From the IMG/VR virus record IMGVR_UViG_3300023184_000403, positions 1 to 29,360 of that record: a DNA stretch of 29,360 nucleotides, one strand, 5' to 3'. Made by a program: the position numbers and the translations under genes. Each line of letters begins with the position of its first letter. Within the stretch, counting starts at the first letter, position 1. The notes beneath the pieces were generated by a model. That model was not told the DNA's origin. It was given only the letters and a program-made list of their open reading frames with translations, and did not search any database. This document shows, in pieces, positions 26,606 through 29,360 of this stretch. The DNA is from a virus. Lineage: Duplodnaviria > Caudoviricetes.

Positions 26606-27237
26606 TTAATTTTCCTACATGGCTTACAGCACCATTTTTCAGGCTTAGATAAAATATTGCTTATTAAACTTTCATTTAAAAGCTTTTTTTTCCTGCATCT
26701 GCTACACCAAATAACAGATAAATTTTCACCTCTTGCCTTTTCCTTTACTATTCTTTTAAGTGAAGGAAGATTGTAAAACTTTGCAAACTCAATTGGTATT
26801 TCTGGTAAATCATTATAATGAACTAGATCTTCTATCCAAGCATATCCTTTTTCAGAGTTTACATTACTAGGCGGAACTACAGACTGATGGCAATATCCTC
26901 TAATTTCAATTCTTCCAATTTGAATTCTTGATATATTCCTAAAAGTGTTTTTGAATAAATGATGATAAGATTTTTTGCTTTTGTAAATAGGATGATTAAT
27001 CATCATAAAGTTATTGTTTAATATTTCGTTTGCTTCTTCTGAATCTCCCTCTATATCAACTGTTTTACCAAGCAGCAAGCCAATGTTGTATTTCTTTCCA
27101 CTATCTAATAATGGCAAATAATTATTATGATTGTAATTTTTTTGCCACTTGAAAAATATTGGAACTTTTGCACCGTAATGCAAAAGTATTGGTTGGTAAC
27201 CAAAATCAAGATATTTTACAAATGCTTCTTTGATCAT
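26602..27237 (-). CDS. bifunctional primase-polymerase (Prim-Pol) domain protein with C-terminal Zn finger
   Basis: PILLHYGAKVP, NIGLLLG..VDIEGD, SYHHLF, EIRG..QSVVPPS; CSRC and CKPC. Confidence 0.85.
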   Translation of the reverse strand: MIKEAFVKYLDFGYQPILLHYGAKVPIFFKWQKNYNHNNYLPLLDSGKKYNIGLLLGKTVDIEGDSEEANEILNNNFMMINHPIYKSKKSYHHLFKNTFRNISRIQIGRIEIRGYCHQSVVPPSNVNSEKGYAWIEDLVHYNDLPEIPIEFAKFYNLPSLKRIVKEKARGENLSVIWCSRCRKKKLLNESLISNILSKPEKWCCKPCRKIN

Positions 27238-27243
27238 AAGAGC

Positions 27244-27271
27244 ATTTTAAGTAAATAAAAATAAAAGGCAA
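27244..27271 (-). promoter_or_regulatory. possible sigma70-type promoter giving a leaderless Prim-Pol mRNA
   Basis: TTGCCT-N16-TAAAAT-N6-ATG; no SD. Confidence 0.35.
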
Positions 27272-27273
27272 AT

Positions 27274-27303
27274 AAAAAAGCCCTGTGGATTCCACAGGGC
27301 TTT
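27274..27303 (-). terminator. intrinsic terminator
   Basis: AAAGCCCTGTGG-aat-CCACAGGGCTTT running into a U tract on the minus strand, just after the stop at 27322. Confidence 0.9.
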
Positions 27304-27321
27304 AAAGTTATTAATTAATAA

Positions 27322-28281
27322 TTACTTTTTCTTCATTTTATTCATCTTCTTCATTTTCTTCTTCATCATAGAAGGCTTGCCCATCATTCCATCCTTAGAC
27401 ATCATAGCAGGCTTAGCCATTCCAGCAGGTTTAGCCATTCCAGCAGGTTTAGCCATTCCAGCAGGTTTAGCCATTCCAGCAGGTTTAGAAACTACAGTAG
27501 CTTTTTTGTCTTCAGTTTCTAATTCACCAATTTCTTGGGCAAAAGCTTCCTTAATACTTCTCATTAATTTAGCCTTTGCAACACCATCAGACATTTTATC
27601 TACAAAAGAATCATGTAATGCCTTGATAATCTCTTTGGCTAAAGCAGTTAGCCTCTGAGTACTAAAATTAGCTCTAGTTAATTTACTTTTAAATCTTTCA
27701 AGTGGATTATCAACTCCTGCACCAAATTTCACCTGAGCTTCGTTTACCATGCCATCAAAATTTGCTTTTGTTACACAAGAATTATCAAGCATTGAAGAAA
27801 CGCTTTTTTGCCAATCTTTAAAAGAAGGAATATGTTTTGGCATAGTATTTTCAGAAGCCATGTAAGATCCGCATTTAGATAAATCCATATCTCTTCCTTC
27901 TTTACCATCTTTTATGTTCATACTCATATCTTCATCGTCATCTTCATCGTCTTCATCATCTTCATCGTCTTCATCGTCTTCATCGTCTTCATCATCTTCA
28001 TCATCTTCATCGTCTTCATCATCTTCATCGTCTTCGAAGTCTTCATCATCTTCATCATCTTCATCATCTTCGAAGTCTTCATCATCTTCATCGTCTTCAT
28101 CATCTTCGTCATCAATGTCTTCATCTTCATAATTTTTGTTTTTTACTTCATCTTCTTCTGAAGGCATAAAATCACTCATGCGTTGGTCCATCATAATTCC
28201 TAGATTCTGATTACCAGAAAGACCAAGATTAACTGATCCGAGGTTTTCGTTTAATTTTTTCCAATTGTTGTAATTCAACAT
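27322..28281 (-). CDS. low-complexity acidic/basic block protein, candidate prohead core or internal protein
   Basis: AGGAG SD; MLNYNNWKKLNE; ~65-aa (EDD)n tract; (AKPAGM)n; Lys/Met tail. Confidence 0.8.
   Translation of the reverse strand: MLNYNNWKKLNENLGSVNLGLSGNQNLGIMMDQRMSDFMPSEEDEVKNKNYEDEDIDDEDDEDDEDDEDFEDDEDDEDDEDFEDDEDDEDDEDDEDDEDDEDDEDDEDDEDDEDDDEDMSMNIKDGKEGRDMDLSKCGSYMASENTMPKHIPSFKDWQKSVSSMLDNSCVTKANFDGMVNEAQVKFGAGVDNPLERFKSKLTRANFSTQRLTALAKEIIKALHDSFVDKMSDGVAKAKLMRSIKEAFAQEIGELETEDKKATVVSKPAGMAKPAGMAKPAGMAKPAGMAKPAMMSKDGMMGKPSMMKKKMKKMNKMKKK
27413..27488. repeat. 18-nt perfect coding tandem repeat, about 4.2 copies (KPAGMA)
   Basis: TTAGCCATTCCAGCAGGT x4 plus TTAG. Confidence 0.95.
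27928..28130. repeat. 9-nt coding tandem repeat (Glu-Asp-Asp)
   Basis: TCTTCATC(G/A) iterated about 20 times with two EDF variants. Confidence 0.95.
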
Positions 28282-28320
28282 AATAATTCTTTCTCCTAAA
28301 AGGGTTAACTTATATATGCA

Positions 28321-28560
28321 TTATTTAAAATATTTCTTGTTATTGTTTTTATTTTTTTCCAATAATGCTTTTCTAATGATTTCTCCATTTTTACTAAGCT
28401 TATTTTGATTAGTTGGCAACGGAGAATTTTGTCCAGCTGGGTTTACATTTTTTTGTAAAATGTTAGACCTAGTTATAAAGCTTGAAACAACTTTATTTTG
28501 AATTGGAACTTGATTTAAATTTTTATAGCTTGAACTTTTAGCCTTGTTACATCCACACAT
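28321..28560 (-). CDS. small basic protein starting MCGCNK
   Basis: GAGG SD; 79 aa. Confidence 0.7.
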   Translation of the reverse strand: MCGCNKAKSSSYKNLNQVPIQNKVVSSFITRSNILQKNVNPAGQNSPLPTNQNKLSKNGEIIRKALLEKNKNNNKKYFK

Positions 28561-28577
28561 ATTTCCTCTTTCTAGGT

Positions 28578-28763
28578 TTAACCTTTTCTTTTAGTATTTA
28601 TAACTCTTCTTACTACATTTGCTCTTTCAGAACCACCACAGCCACATCCTTCTGAAGGCGGATTAGATTGGGGCTGATCTATTTTTTTCTGAACTTCTGC
28701 AGGTGGATTTTGTATTGGTACATTGTTTTTTTTATTAGGATTTTTCTTTTCTGGTTTCATCAT
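28578..28763 (-). CDS. small basic protein with GCGCGG motif
   Basis: AAGGA SD; TAAATA upstream at 28794-28799. Confidence 0.7.
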   Translation of the reverse strand: MMKPEKKNPNKKNNVPIQNPPAEVQKKIDQPQSNPPSEGCGCGGSERANVVRRVINTKRKG

Positions 28764-28810
28764 AATAATATTCCTTTGTTAAGATAATATAATTATTTAT
28801 TACTCAAAAC

Positions 28811-28844
28811 AAAAAAAAAGACAGTTATTTTCATAACTGTCTTT
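28811..28844 (-). terminator. intrinsic terminator
   Basis: AAAGACAGTTAT-gaaa-ATAACTGTCTTT running into a U9 tract on the minus strand. Confidence 0.88.
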
Positions 28845-28870
28845 ATAATATTATAAAATATATTTAAAAA

Positions 28871-29164
28871 TTATTCTACTGGTAAAACAATACAGCTTTT
28901 GCAACTAAGTTTATTTGCTCTTGCATTACAAGCAGAAACAATCCCGCTTTTGTTTTCAAACAAAGTACAGTCTGTATCTACCTTGCTAAGTTTTGTAGGT
29001 TTCAGCCCATCAATGCTGCAAATAGCTTCATAATACTGCTTTCCTTTGACTGTAATTTTCTTTACTTGGAACTTAATAGTTCCTTTTGTGCTAGCTTTAA
29101 TAGTACCAGCCTTATTAAGGCTATCTTTACTGGTGCTGGGCAATTTCTTAGTACAAGTTTTCAT
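28871..29164 (-). CDS. small basic Cys-containing protein, monocistronic
   Basis: AAGGAG SD; own promoter candidate and terminator. Confidence 0.78.
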   Translation of the reverse strand: MKTCTKKLPSTSKDSLNKAGTIKASTKGTIKFQVKKITVKGKQYYEAICSIDGLKPTKLSKVDTDCTLFENKSGIVSACNARANKLSCKSCIVLPVE

Positions 29165-29198
29165 CTAAATCTCCTTAAGTGTTAAAAACATCTTACTA

Positions 29199-29227
29199 AT
29201 TATATGCTTTTAAAATACATTATACAA
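29199..29227 (-). promoter_or_regulatory. sigma70-type (early) promoter
   Basis: TTGTAT-N17-TATAAT, 34 nt upstream of ATG 29164. Confidence 0.5.
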
Positions 29228-29360
29228 GTATATTCTTGAAATTAATCAATTCTCTTTTAGAAATTTTATATTCGATATTAAAGCATGGCATTAATATTCT
29301 TCTTCCTAAAGGTCTTTTTTTTTCTTTTGCGAATTTGTTTATTGCTGTAATGTAGGAACT
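29220..29360 (-). CDS. 3' end of a gene entering from the right edge
   Basis: frame open from the window end: SSYITAINKFAKEKKRPLGRRILMPCFNIEYKISKRELINFKNILV*. Confidence 0.55.
   Translation of the reverse strand, partial: SSYITAINKFAKEKKRPLGRRILMPCFNIEYKISKRELINFKNILV

Noticed and set aside
27377-27658. AIPAGL-repeat ORF, or a CRISPR-like array
   Set aside because: Antisense shadow of the KPAGMA repeat; the repeats are contiguous with no spacers
27914-28132. Poly-Ser ORF (+) and Met/Lys ORF (27924..28130)
   Set aside because: Alternative-frame shadows of the EDD repeat
1-29360. tRNA, rRNA, intron, intein or IS elements
   Set aside because: No cloverleaf, GC-rich structured gap, interrupted gene or transposase motif seen by eye; a covariance-model scan would be needed to exclude small RNAs

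Overview
Very AT-rich, gene-dense segment, most likely from a large T4-related myovirus (jumbo-type phage), read in the standard genetic code. It holds a contractile-tail module: gp15-like terminator, 805-aa sheath, two paralogous tail tubes, gp26-like hub/chaperone and a hidden gp51-like ORF. It also encodes a gp55-like late sigma factor, CTP synthase, class II glutamine amidotransferase, Holliday-junction resolvase-like nuclease, Prim-Pol, BCS1-like AAA ATPase, metallophosphoesterase, SAM methyltransferase, two glycosyltransferase-like genes, an S8 protease, an McsA-like Zn protein, a degenerate COOH-NH2 ligase-like protein and many small unknowns. Main observations: (1) a probable programmed -1 frameshift at A-AAT-TTT-TTC (8990-8999, minus strand) fusing the gp26-like ORF to an unannotated gp51-like frame, as in lambda G/GT; (2) a TA(A/T)ATA box 4 nt before the ATG of seven genes, suggesting late-sigma-driven leaderless mRNAs; (3) T4 capsid-targeting-like N-termini on several unknown proteins; (4) a duplicated gene start forming a 15-aa upstream ORF. 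All family calls come from motif recognition by eye; no searches were run.
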